Source: Podarcis liolepis | Taxonomy: Eukaryota | Assembly (NCBI GenBank): GCA_965112155.1 | Contig: OZ218104.1 | DNA: 64,000 bases | Strand: one strand, 5' to 3' | Notes under the pieces: model-generated | Seen by the model: only the letters and a program-made list of their open reading frames with translations | What the model was told of the DNA's origin: nothing | The model's database searches: none | Made by a program: the position numbers and the translations under genes | In this document: piece after piece, positions 45,801-57,800 of the stretch | Layout of the letters: each line of letters starts with the position of its first letter | Numbering within the stretch: the stretch's first letter is position 1

Positions 45801-48800
45801 CTATGGGGAGAGAAAGAGAGAGAGAGAGCATCAATGCTTCTGCCAGGGACAAACAGCGGACCAGGGAGGGTCCGGGCGGAGCGAGCGCCACAAAGACGAG
45901 CAAAGCTGCCACAGGAGAGGGAAGAAGCAACATCAAGCCCCTGGCCTCAGAGAGCGCCTAAAGCCCAGCAGCCTTCAGCCACTCAAGCCCTAGCCATGCA
46001 CCAACTCTTGAGGCGTAAGGACACAAGGGCACAAAAAGAGCTTGCTGGATCACGTCAATGGTCCATCTAGTCCAGCATTCTGTTCTCAGAGATGCCTGTG
46101 GGAAACTGGAAACTGAATATAAGAACACTCTCCCCTCCTGTTATTCGCAGCAACTGGTATTCTAGCATTACTGCTTTGGACTGTGGAAGCAGAGCATAGC
46201 CACCATGGCTAGTAGCCGTTGATCACCCTCTCCTCTGTGAATTCATAGTCCAAAACATCTGGAAGGCACCAGGTTGTGGAAGGCAGACAAACCAGCCCAG
46301 CAATCAAACCCCAAAGACATGACCAAGCTGACTGTGTGGGAGACAGTGGGTGGCTTGCCAGACGATGGCTTGTGTGAAGAATTTCAGAATGATGTGCTCT
46401 AGGTACAGAAGCCTGCCATCTGCCCTCTCAGCCAACCTGGCCAAAGGCTTGGGATGATGGAGGTCAGGGTCCAGCAACATCTGGAGGGCTGCAGGAGAAG
46501 CCAACCCTGGCCTAAGCAAACAGCCACAACAAGCAGAATGTGACCCAGTTGCTCCTGAAGACTGCAGAGTGCCAAAACACACATGGGGCATGTCAAGCTG
46601 CAAAATAAATTCTTCTACCACTGTTCTGAGGCTCCATCACCCCCCCTTTTTTTTTTGCTTCCCTCACCGATGCAAGAGGCACAGGTGACCGGCAAAACTA
46701 AATAGCAGGTAGGGCTGTGGTGGAACAGGGTGGTAAGCAAAGTGACTCTCTGTGCCTGGATGCACCTCCTGCGTGCCCTGCTCTGCCACTGATGCACAAT
46801 CCCCAACATCTCAGCAGCCAAGCAGATGCTTGCAGGAAACCAGCAAGCGGGACCCAAGCACAACAGCACTCTCTCCTCCTCTAGTTTTCACCAACAGGTA
46901 TTCAGAAGTATTGCTACCTCTGGTTGTGGAGGCAGAACAGCCCATCGTGGCTAGTAGTTATTGATAGCCCTCTCTCCTCTTATTGATAGCCTTTTCTCCT
47001 TTTTGCATGGTCTTATATCCCATGCTGGGACGCGGGTGGCGCTGTGGGTAAATCCTCAGCGCCTAGGGCTTGCCAATCGCATGGTCGGCGGTTCGAATCC
47101 CCGCGGCGGGGTGAGCTCCCGTCTGCGGTCCCCGCTCCTGCCCACCTAGCAGTTCGAAAGCACCCCTAAAGTGTAAGTAGATAAATAGGTACCGCTTTCT
47201 AGCGGGAAGGTAAATGGCGTTTCCATGTGCTGCGCTGGTGCTGGCTCGCCAGAGCAGCTTCGTCATGCTGGCCACGTGACCCAGAAGTGTCTCCGGACAG
47301 CGCTGGCCCCCGGCCTCTTAAGTGAGATGGCCGCACAACCCTAGAGTCGGACACGACTGGCCCGTACGGGCAGGGGTACCTTTACCTTTATATCCCATGC
47401 TGGTCAAGGGCCATGCTGACTCCGCTCTTGTGCATCTGCCCATGAACAGGGCCCCCAACTCTAAAGTTCAGCTGAGCACAATTCCCTTTCTGTGCCAAGA
47501 TGCACAAAATCCAAGAAGTCATGGGTGCACTCATAATTGCAAGACATGTGAAAATGCCATGTCTGGTCATTAACCTTCTTTTAAAAAAAAATATTCCAAG
47601 AGGGACACCCTAGGATTTGTAAGTGCACATGCGTGGCTGTTGAAGAGAAATTGCAAACCCCCAGGAACAGCGTGTTTTGGGATTCAGTCAGGTGTGATGC
47701 TGCTGCCAAACAACCTGTGGGAAGCTGTGACTATCAGCAGGAAGGTATCACACCAACAACACACTCAGGATGCTTTTGGCCAGCCTCCTGAAAGCTGGTA
47801 CCTCCCAGATGTTTCAGACCACAGCTCCCATTAGTCCCAGTCAGTGTGGCCATAGGAAGCTGGGATTGATAGACGTTGCAGTCTGAAACACCTGCAGAGC
47901 ACCAGAATGAGGAAGGCTGCCTTGGAAAGCACAGCGGCAAATCTTTTTTGGGGAAAACTCATCTGTTTCAACAAACGCCATTGGAATGACATAGCTGCGC
48001 GCTTCCCATAGTGTGTGAGTCATGCTACAGATGCAGCAGGGGGAGGGCAGATGCTTCTTTTTCTGTCAGCCTCAGTCGCCTGTTTACTTGCCTGTCTCTT
48101 TACTGCAGGACCAACTATGGAAGCTGCAGCAGAAAAGCACACTCTGTACAGCAGCAATGCACAATAAGGAGAGGATGGGGGCGAGGGGGGGTACATGCAG
48201 CATGTGGATGTGACAGTGAGCAGACATTGGGGGAGGGGATACCTGATCCTCCACTCAGCCTTCGGTCCTTCAGGTACGCAACTAAGAGAGATATGGAGGG
48301 GAGGTTGAGTAGGAGGTGGAAGCAAAGAGTCTGGTTGAGGGTTGGGAGGGCAAGAGAGGCTTTTATTTTGGAACATCACATATTCAAGGCTTGTCTGATC
48401 AACAGCAGAAAAACAAGACAAGAACATCACAACTGATAACCAGAGAGAGAAAGAGAAAAAGAGAAAGAGAAAGAGACAGAGAAGGCAGGAAGAATTTCAC
48501 ACATACAAATTATTCCTGCATTGGAGAGATTGAACTAGATGGCCCTTTGGGACCCTTCCAACTCCATGCTTCTATGATTTTTGTTTATCATTTATTTCTG
48601 AGATACCTAATGTCGCTAGGCCAAGCTCTCTCTGACCAGGGTGATTAGGACTGGGAGGAGAGAAGAACAGATCTGAAATGTTTGGCAGATAACGGGTCTT
48701 TAAATCCACACTGAAAGAAGTGCAAAATGCCCTTTGGGTTCTGACATCTCTCTGATGCAAAGCCCTGGCCACGCTCCACGTGCTAATTCCCAAAACCATT

Positions 48801-51800
48801 TATCCTGGAGTTGACTGTGAGTTGTTCTCATGGTGTCACAGACATGCACAGAACTGGGAAGTATCAGGCAAAGAACACCCAAACACACTCATTTCCTTGA
48901 TCATAAACACACTAACGGCTCGTTGCCTCTGTAGGGCACATCCAGCAGGCCACGGCCCTTGATGGAGGAACCTTGTCCAGGAGCAGGCGCTCAACAACAG
49001 GGCTAGTAATCTGTTTGGAGCTGAAGTGAGGACACATGGGAGCACATTAAATGTGTAGAGACCACACCTACACTATTTAAAGCAGTAGCATTCCAATTAA
49101 ACAGTCATGGCTTCCCACAAAGAATTCTGGGAGCTGTATTTTGTTAAGGGTGCTGCTGAGAGTTATTAGGAAACCTATATTCCCCTCACAGAGCTGCAAT
49201 TCCCGGAGTTCCCAAGGAAGAAAGAATGATTGTTAAACTACTCTGGAAATTATAGCTTGGAGGGGGGGGTGGGAGGATAGGAGTCTTCTAATAACTCTCA
49301 CCATCTTAAGAACCTATGACTGTTTATAATGGAACAATACAGCTTTAAATGTGGTCAAAGTCTGAGCTGAGAAGGGCTGGGTGGATCATATCTAGTATGT
49401 GCCAGTTTTGCCAATGTTTGCTCATGTCCATTCTGTCCATACAAAAACCCATATTTAAATACATATTTGACTCTGAATTTATCACAAAATAAAAATTTAA
49501 ACCCATATGAGTCTTATGTATGCATTTTAAAACATGCTTTATCCTAAAATACATGTTTTGGTACACTCTTTGAGCTGACAACTGCATCATAAAATTCAGA
49601 TACTGACCAAGTGTGAAATCCAAAGAATTATACTCTCATCCAAATATTATTCTGGGAGGTACAAATTAGACCAGTTCATTACAAATGTAGACCAAAGGAA
49701 ATTATCCTCTGCTGAGTCACCTGCTTCTACACTCTCCAATTACAAACACATGAACATCTCTTACAATCCCTCAGTTACACAAACACAGTTTTTGAGCACA
49801 CTGATCCCTCAAACTAGACAAATACTTACTGTAGCCCATCCCTTGAAGGAAGTACTTGAACGCTTCCGTCAGTTTTCCAGGCTGTTCAAGAAATCAGAGG
49901 GATGCGGATGAAAAACAGAAAGAAAAGCACCTACAACCAGACACTGCATAAATAGCAGGGGGGGGGGTGCATCAAGCTCAGGACATGGATATTAGACACA
50001 TGTGGATGAGCCCACTATCTTCTAAATCTGAGCTTTTTAAATTGAGATTCTGTATTTTAAATCCAGTTTGTGAATCTAAATTCTGATCTTATTTTTATTT
50101 CTCCTCCTCCTCCCCCTGCCCTGCCCAGTTGCACAAACTCCCCATCACCAAGCAAGGGGGGACGGAGATATTTGGGTTTTGCTTTGCTTTAAACTGCTTG
50201 GAACCAAAATGGGTATTTTCTTCATCCCTTCAACAACTAATTCTAGAGTAGGATGCAACTCAGGGAGTTTTGGGTGAAATAAGGAGAGGTATGAGAATCC
50301 CACCCAGCCTAAATGCCCAGGCACACCCAGACGGAGGTTTCTGAGCTCCACAGAAGGTCTTCTAATAACCAAGAGTAGGGAGGAAGAGGAAGAACTCACC
50401 TGTGTGACTTGAGGGAGCCCACCAGAATCAGCCATCTGGGTGGAAAACAGAGTTTTGAGTCAGACAAGCTTCCTTTCCAGGTGACCAGCCCCCCCCTCAA
50501 TTGCATGCATCACCCAGTTATTAGCTGGGGCTGATGGGAGTTGCAGTCCATAACATTAGTAAGGCAGCAGGTTGGATTAGGCTTTGAGTACAGTCTTAAG
50601 GGGCCCCTGAGTCACTGCTGGGCCTGGCACCTGCAAATCCCAGCTTCCATTGGCTTCAGTCAATGCCACTCTGTACCAATCAACCAACCAGAGATGCCCA
50701 CCATCTTTTCAAGATGGCCGACATCCTCAACTAGTGAAGGGAAAGCTAGACATTAGGAGGCTCAGGTGCCAAATCCCTATCTGTTGTGGGTGGGGAAGGC
50801 AAGCAAAAGGGCTGCCTCCCCCAGACTCAGAACCCCATTTGGAGAAAGAGAACTGGAAGCAGCAGCAGCTTTTGCAAGCACAAAGATTAAGGGAAGGGCT
50901 GACACGCTGTGCTTCAAGTCCTGCCCCTTTTAAAAAAGGCTAGGCTGCCATCAGTGGCGTAGCGTGGGGGGTACAGGGGGGGCCGGCCGCACCAGGCGCA
51001 ACATCTGGGGGTTAGGGTTAGGGGGCGCAAATCCACGGGTTAGGGGGCGCAAATCCACAGGTTAGGGGGCGCAAATTACTTGCCTTGCCCCGGGTGCTGA
51101 CAACCCACGCTACGCCACTGGCTGCCATGATGTCTAATGAAGGGCTGTGGATTCTGAAACAGCCTCCCCGCTGCCCTTCCCAAAGGGCAGGAAGGCCCCA
51201 GCCCAAGTTGCACCAATCACAAAGTCAGTAGGGGTCTTGTGGGCCAACCTCCCCACGCGCCTTAAATGCAAGATATCCAGAACTAGAGTGCCCCCGATGG
51301 TGGCCTTCCACCCTGTGCTATAAGACCTCTGTGCAATGCCTGCAGCTCCTATTATACATCACCTCCAGAACTGTGGCTTATAAGTAAATGGGGGTAAGCA
51401 CCACCATCCCCACTGGGTGTCTCAATGGCTCCTATTTTCAATTGGGTTCTGGGGTATAGATACATAAGACATTGCACCCTTGTCCTTGGCCCTTAAGAGC
51501 CCAGTGGGAGGAAGAAGGAGAGAGCAAATTTTGATGGAATCAAAATCACTTACACAGAATGAGATCTAGGGGTGGGGAAGAGTGGACTAGGGATTAGGGC
51601 TTGTCCTGAAGACTTGCCCTTCCACTATCTCACCTTCAGGAAAGTGGTGGTGGTTGGATCCAGTTTGGAGTTGCATTCAACCTAACAAACAGCAAAGTCA
51701 GAGTTTCAAAATAGCATCAAGTCCAGAAGCACAAGCATCACCTGCCCTGCACGTGGTGTGACCCAGCAGCCAACACAATCAGCCTCCGAGGTTCAGTACA

Positions 51801-54800
51801 CCATGGACAAAGCTAGGCTTTATTTCACCCAGGTCAAAGACCCAGTTTGGAACCCCCTCACACATTTGTGCACGCACACACACAGGCTGGCAGCCTCAAT
51901 GGCACCCCTCTGGAAGCTTCACCTGGGGCAATAAAACCTTGCTAGCCTCCCTGTAGCTTCGGCGCTGCAGTAAACCCTCAAAACAGGAAACAACAGCAAA
52001 ATGGTGTACAGCTTTGGCAACAACAATTAAAATAAAGAAGAGGAATGTGACATTCTAGTTTTTAACTATGGCTCAAACAGTAAAGATAGGGGGTGTGGTG
52101 TAGGGGTTACAGTGCTGGACTATGACCTGAGAGACCAGGGATTCAAATCCCCATTTGGCCATGAAGCTCACAGGGTGACCTTGAGCCAATCACTGCATCT
52201 CTCAGCCTAACCTACCTCACAGGGTTGTTGTGAGGATTAGATCAGGAGCAGGTAGAACCATATATGCCACACTGAGCTCCTTGGAGACAAAGGTAGGATA
52301 TAAATGCAATGAAATAAAAATAATAAAAAATAAGTGGGAAGTAAATGCAATAAACAATAAATAAATAAATCCCCTTAGGAGCCAGGGAGGTTGCAGCTCT
52401 CTCTCTCTCTCTTTCTTTCCCAAAGCTTCGGGGGGGTGGGGTGGGAGAGACAGCAGGCAATGGGGTAACAGGAAGTGCTTCATGCTGATGGCTCTCTGTT
52501 GGGGTGTTTATCCACCACTGAGTTTCACAAACCAATTTGAACAAAGTGGCCAAATCAGTCACAGTAAAAATAAAATGGAATGCCAGGCTCAGCAGGGTGG
52601 GAAAGGCTAGCCTGAAGTCTGCAAAAGCATCCTCAGGAGGCCTCTAGCTTTTCTTAAATACCGTACCTGCCACCCGCCTCCCCCCAGCCTTCAAAGAAAA
52701 GACAAGCTTGCAGTCTAGGGGAAGGACAAACCCATGCTATGAGCTTGATCTCAGACATCATTCAAGCAGGGAAGATTAACTCTTTGGAGCTTAGCTCCTT
52801 ACTCACCACGCCATCTTCGGCCGGTGCGTTATCGCCCACCACCAGCATCACAGGGCAGCTGCAAACCCCAAGGGGAGAAACGTGATTAGCAGGAGAGACC
52901 TGCTCTGCTCAGGGCCCCTCCTCATCCTCCCTGGAGTAAATCAGTGGCTTACCGGAGTGTCTTGGCGTTCGGGATGCTCCCAGGTCGGTTAATGTCCAGG
53001 TCCCTGCGACTGAGAAGAAAATAAGGAATTTTAATTGAAGCAGACAAACATGCAGGGGCTCTGCCACTGTGCTATGTCTGAGTTCAGCAGGACTACAATA
53101 TTTGCATCATACCCAGAGTTGGAGCAAGGTGGGTGTGGTCTGCCCCAGGTGTCATCCCTGAGGGGGGGGTGACACCACCCCCAGAACACTCACCGTGGGC
53201 GGTGCACTCCCAGGGTGGGGCACTTGCCTTGCCCCCTGGGTGGCTAGCCCCACCCCTGGGTGCATGCCACTCAGGGTGCTAGAGCAGCTAGCTCCGCCTC
53301 TGATCACACTGTGGCATTTCACCTTTTATTTACAACGTATTTGTAAAATTCTGCAAGAAACTCTCAGTCAAGCATAGGAAATTTGCTTGGTTTTCGGGGA
53401 TGTTTTTACAATCAAGTACAGTGGTACCTCGGGTTAAGTACTTAATTCGTTCCGGAGGTCTGTTCTTAATCTGAAACTGTTCTTAACCTGAAGCACCACT
53501 TTAGCTAATGGGGCCGCCGCGCCACCAGAGCACGATTTCTGTTCTTATCCTGAAGCAAAGTTCTTAACCTGAAGCACTATTTCTGGGTTATCGTAGTCTG
53601 TAACCTGAAGCGTATGTAACCCGAGGTACCACTGTAGTATATACATTTTAATAAATAAAAACAATAATAAATAGTTTTTTGAAGGTATTATTAAAAACAA
53701 GCTTCATCATAACTGGATGTGAGCGATAGGGCTTGCAAGCAAATTTTAAAAGGGGGGAATTGGGGAGAGTATGGTGGTAGCTGTCTGTTGGGAGGAAAGC
53801 ATGGTCCAAGATGCATGCAGTTCCTTCAGCCCCTGCCCCTACCTGTTGTACATGTTCCAGAAGAGCTGGAGGTTGAACTGGTTCACCATGCTGCTGATCT
53901 GCTGCCGATAGCTTTGCACCAGCTCTGTGTTCCCCACCAGCTCTTCCTGTGGGTGTGGAAAGAGGGCAGACAGAAAGGAGGCCAAGTCAGGGCACCATTG
54001 AGGACCAGAGCAACCATTCTGGGCTGGAGGAGGCATTGACTGGAAAAGCACCTCTGTGAGCCCAAGGACTCTGCTGGATCCACTTCTTTGTAGGGCACAG
54101 CTCACCGCTTAAGAGCCAGGCTAAAATTGCAGACCCAGGACTCAGCCGTACTTAACTTTTGCCCCACATTTTCCAGAGACAGGTCTGCACTTTAAAGCAC
54201 CTTGTCTGAGCACTTTTCTTTGCCCCTGACACTTTCCTTGCAAAAACCCACCCTTTGATGCTGAATCAGAACAAACAGCAATTTGGGTTTTCCACAGATT
54301 GCTATTTGCTTGGATTCAGCAGTAAAGAGCAGGTTTCTGGAGGGAAAGTGTAGGACGACGACGACAAAGCACTAGGATATGGTGCTTTAAAGAGCAGACC
54401 TGTGCCTAGAAACACAGCACAAAATGAAGTCTGGTCACCCCTGCAATTTTGAGTTTGCTGAGCAGGCTGGCTGGCTGCCAACCCTGATCCTGGGTAAGGA
54501 TATGTATTTGATACCCTGCCATAAGGGGGGGTGCTGCAGACAGGTGGCTTTTCACTTGGTTTCATATTCTCTCTCTCACACACCTCCCAGCATGGTCTCT
54601 TTGGATTCATCCTTGGGAAGAGACCTGCGTGAAGTTTTAAAGGAGCCCTGCTACCATTCAGGCCTGGCTCAGGGCTTTTGTCTCAGCCCTGAAAATGTGT
54701 CGTTTTCGTGGGGCAGAACTCTGGATCTCTTTTACAGAGTCTCTAGCATTCTGTTGCTATTGACTGCTGAAACTAAACAGAGACTTCTTCTCTGCCCCAG

Positions 54801-57800
54801 GCCCTCCACACTTGTAAGCGTCTGCTTAAAATGCAGCCACCTGGAGATCTCTGTGCATCACAGGGTCACCAACACCTTTGGCTTGCACCAAAATATTGCC
54901 AGACCAGGTGGGAAGATGCATCACAGGAACCAACACCTTGTCAGGATGTGACAACCTCCACCTGGCTGCCTCTCAAGCTCCTTGCATGGGAGACTCAGGC
55001 TGCAATGTCCTTCTAAAGAGGTTCCCCTAGTCATTCTTGGACAGGGCGAGCTGGAGGCTTTCAAGAAGTGTCTCAGTCTTGCCCTTTGACAGCCCCAAAA
55101 GCAGAAGGGGGGAGGGGAGAAGCACCCCCACCGCTCCCAGCTCCTTCCATAGCTGTTGCATGCTTCTTACCTGGCTGAACAGGTGAGTCAGAACTGTGTC
55201 AGGCAATGTGCTGGTCAGGCCAGAGAGCTGAAAGTTGAAAGCAGAGCATAAGAGTAAAGAATTAATTGCCTTGCAATATCAGATTAACAGTCCACTCCGA
55301 TGCCCTCTGAACCTGAAGTCAATGTGACTTTCTTCTAAGCCCAATTGACGTTCCACACCTAATACCTCTCCTGTTCCAGGAATTTGTCTAGTTCAGCCTT
55401 CCTCAACCAGACTATAACTCCCATCAGCCCCAGCCAGCACAGCTGTCTGGTGCAGGGGATGATGCACATAGTCCAAAACATTTGGAAGACCATTAATTGG
55501 GGAAGGTCGGTCTAATTCCCTTATAAGTCATCTGAGCTTTTGAGCCCATCAATGTTATTTTGTGGTCACTATGAAGCCCCAAATTAGATGTGAACTCAGG
55601 GGGGCAGGGCGCAGACTAAAGGCAGGCCTCTCCCTCTGCAGTTCAGGGATATTAAGATAGGGCAGTCCGCTGTGATGGGCTAAGGATGACTGAGACTTTA
55701 TGTGCTTGCAATATCCTACAGGTGAGTCAAGAATTTCAGTTAGCTCATTCCAGGCAATGGACTGTCAGGAGTGGACATAGAACCCAGTCACTTGGACCCA
55801 AGCCAAGTGGGGAGCAGAACTCTTGGGAGGAGCTGTCTTGTCAGCTGGGGATGGCCCACTGTTGCCCACCTGCCCTCTGTCTCCTGAGATAACCCATCAT
55901 CACACACCCAACCAAGTATGAGCCATGCTGTGACACCCACAGAAAGGAATGGCAGTGTGCTCTGGTACAGGGCTCCAGGTTGGAGAAGCCTCCATCACAA
56001 GGCTGGAAAATAGGAGCAAAGGACCATGGTAACTACTATACAGATCCAGCACTGCACTGAGCCACAGGTAGCTTTATTTTGGGAGGTGTGGGGGGTTTTA
56101 ATTGCCCCAAGAATGGTTGCATGTGAATATGCTGCACACCCCAGTAGCCTACCGAAAAAGAGCTAGCTTGTCACATTAAATGTGTGAGCAGCTTCCAGGT
56201 CTGGGCCTCTAATTAGGCAGAGTGAGGCAGCTACCTCAGGTGGCAGATGCTGAAGAGTGGCAGCAGCAAGCTCTTTAGGGGCTGGGCTCTGTGTGCCATT
56301 TGCACACTCTACATACCCCACTCTCAACACTTCTGTGTTAAGTCACTCATTGCCTTCATTGCTGAAGGTTGAACTGCTTTTCTTCTCAAGTTGTGCAAAT
56401 GGTGGGGGGGGGGGAGGTCACAGGGATTAAGCAAACAGATGCAAAAATGATTTTTTTGCACAGGTTATTGCGGTCTGGGATATTTTGAGCAAGAATTCAA
56501 AACCCTAGATGGAGATTAGTAAACAGCTGCTCAATTTGTGATAGCACAAAAATGAAAACCCCTACATGTCTGGGTTGGGTTAAGAAAACCCTGGGATTTC
56601 TTAATTATGGATCAATTAGCACAGCAATTTAGAAGCCAAGAAAGGAGACAGAAACAGACCATTTTATGAAGGACTGGCAGGCAGTAATAACATACCTGGA
56701 AACAGAACCAGTGAATTAGGGCAAGCCACATGAGGGCAAATGTACTCATCGTTTATACTAATTACCTCAGAATATATTGCTTTCTGTTTGTTTGTTTGTT
56801 TGTTTGTTTGTTTGTTGTTTGTTTGTTTGTCTGTATGCTAAGCAAAGCAAACTAAAAGTGAGCAATCAGGGAGGCCATTGTAATTAGATTTTTTATTGAT
56901 AGGAAAGGAGGGGATTTTTTTTTCACATTTTATGTATTAATGGCAGGTAAAAATGGATAAAACAATAAGTTGCCAACACCTGCCCCCCAAACATGCCCTG
57001 TGGCCCCACTCTGTATGGGCTGCTCTGTATGGGTTGTCAAAGGAAGATGCATGAACTTTGCTTTTTGCACAGATGTTGATGGATCCAAAGAGACCTCACT
57101 CAGCTGTCCATCCCCAGCAATGAGTCTACTTGAGCAGCAGCAGCAGAAACCTCAATTGGCCTGCAGAGACTTGGCTCTGACACACACCCAGTAGCGGCAG
57201 GGAGGGGAGGCTGTCTCACCTTGGTGGCTGCCCAGTCAATCCAACCTTTGCCATTGGGGTCCACATTGACCAGAACAAGGCCTTCAACCAGATCTGGGAA
57301 GATCAGCTAAATCAAAACAGATAGACAGGCAGATTGAGTTTATTCTGGCTCACAGATGTACCCACTGGGACAGAGAGATAATTAGTAAGCATAAAAGCGA
57401 GCATCATAAAGCAAGCACTATATCTTTAGAATCTAAAAATACAAATACACTGATTGGATAACCTTCTCTAGCCTTCCCCAACCTGGTGCCCTCCAGATGC
57501 TTTTAGACTACGACTGCCATCAGCCCCAGCCAGCGGAGCAGTGCTTTTCTGAAACTGATGGGAGTTGTAGTCTAAAACATTTGGAGGGCACCAAGTCAAG
57601 GAAGGCTGCTCTGCCCAGTAACAAGGCACAGTCAGTCCACTTCAGAGCCACAACTTGAGACTTTCCTGGGGAGTTAAGAAATCAAAGGGAGGGGTGGAGA
57701 AAGCCCTTTCTCTCCAAAGCCCTGAGCTGCAAGTCCCAGGTCACTTCAAATAGGAATTGCTGGTACTATCACTCTTCTTACCCGGCAATCAGCTTCATTG

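Noticed and set aside
47027-47110. tRNA-like A/B boxes
   Set aside because: SINE head, not a tRNA gene; no cloverleaf.
48234-48243. GTATCC donor as a U12-type intron
   Set aside because: Positions +7/+8 are CC rather than TT, and no U12 branch site precedes the downstream acceptor.
51007-51076. Short tandem repeats as a CRISPR-like array
   Set aside because: No spacers, eukaryotic context, and internal to a MITE.
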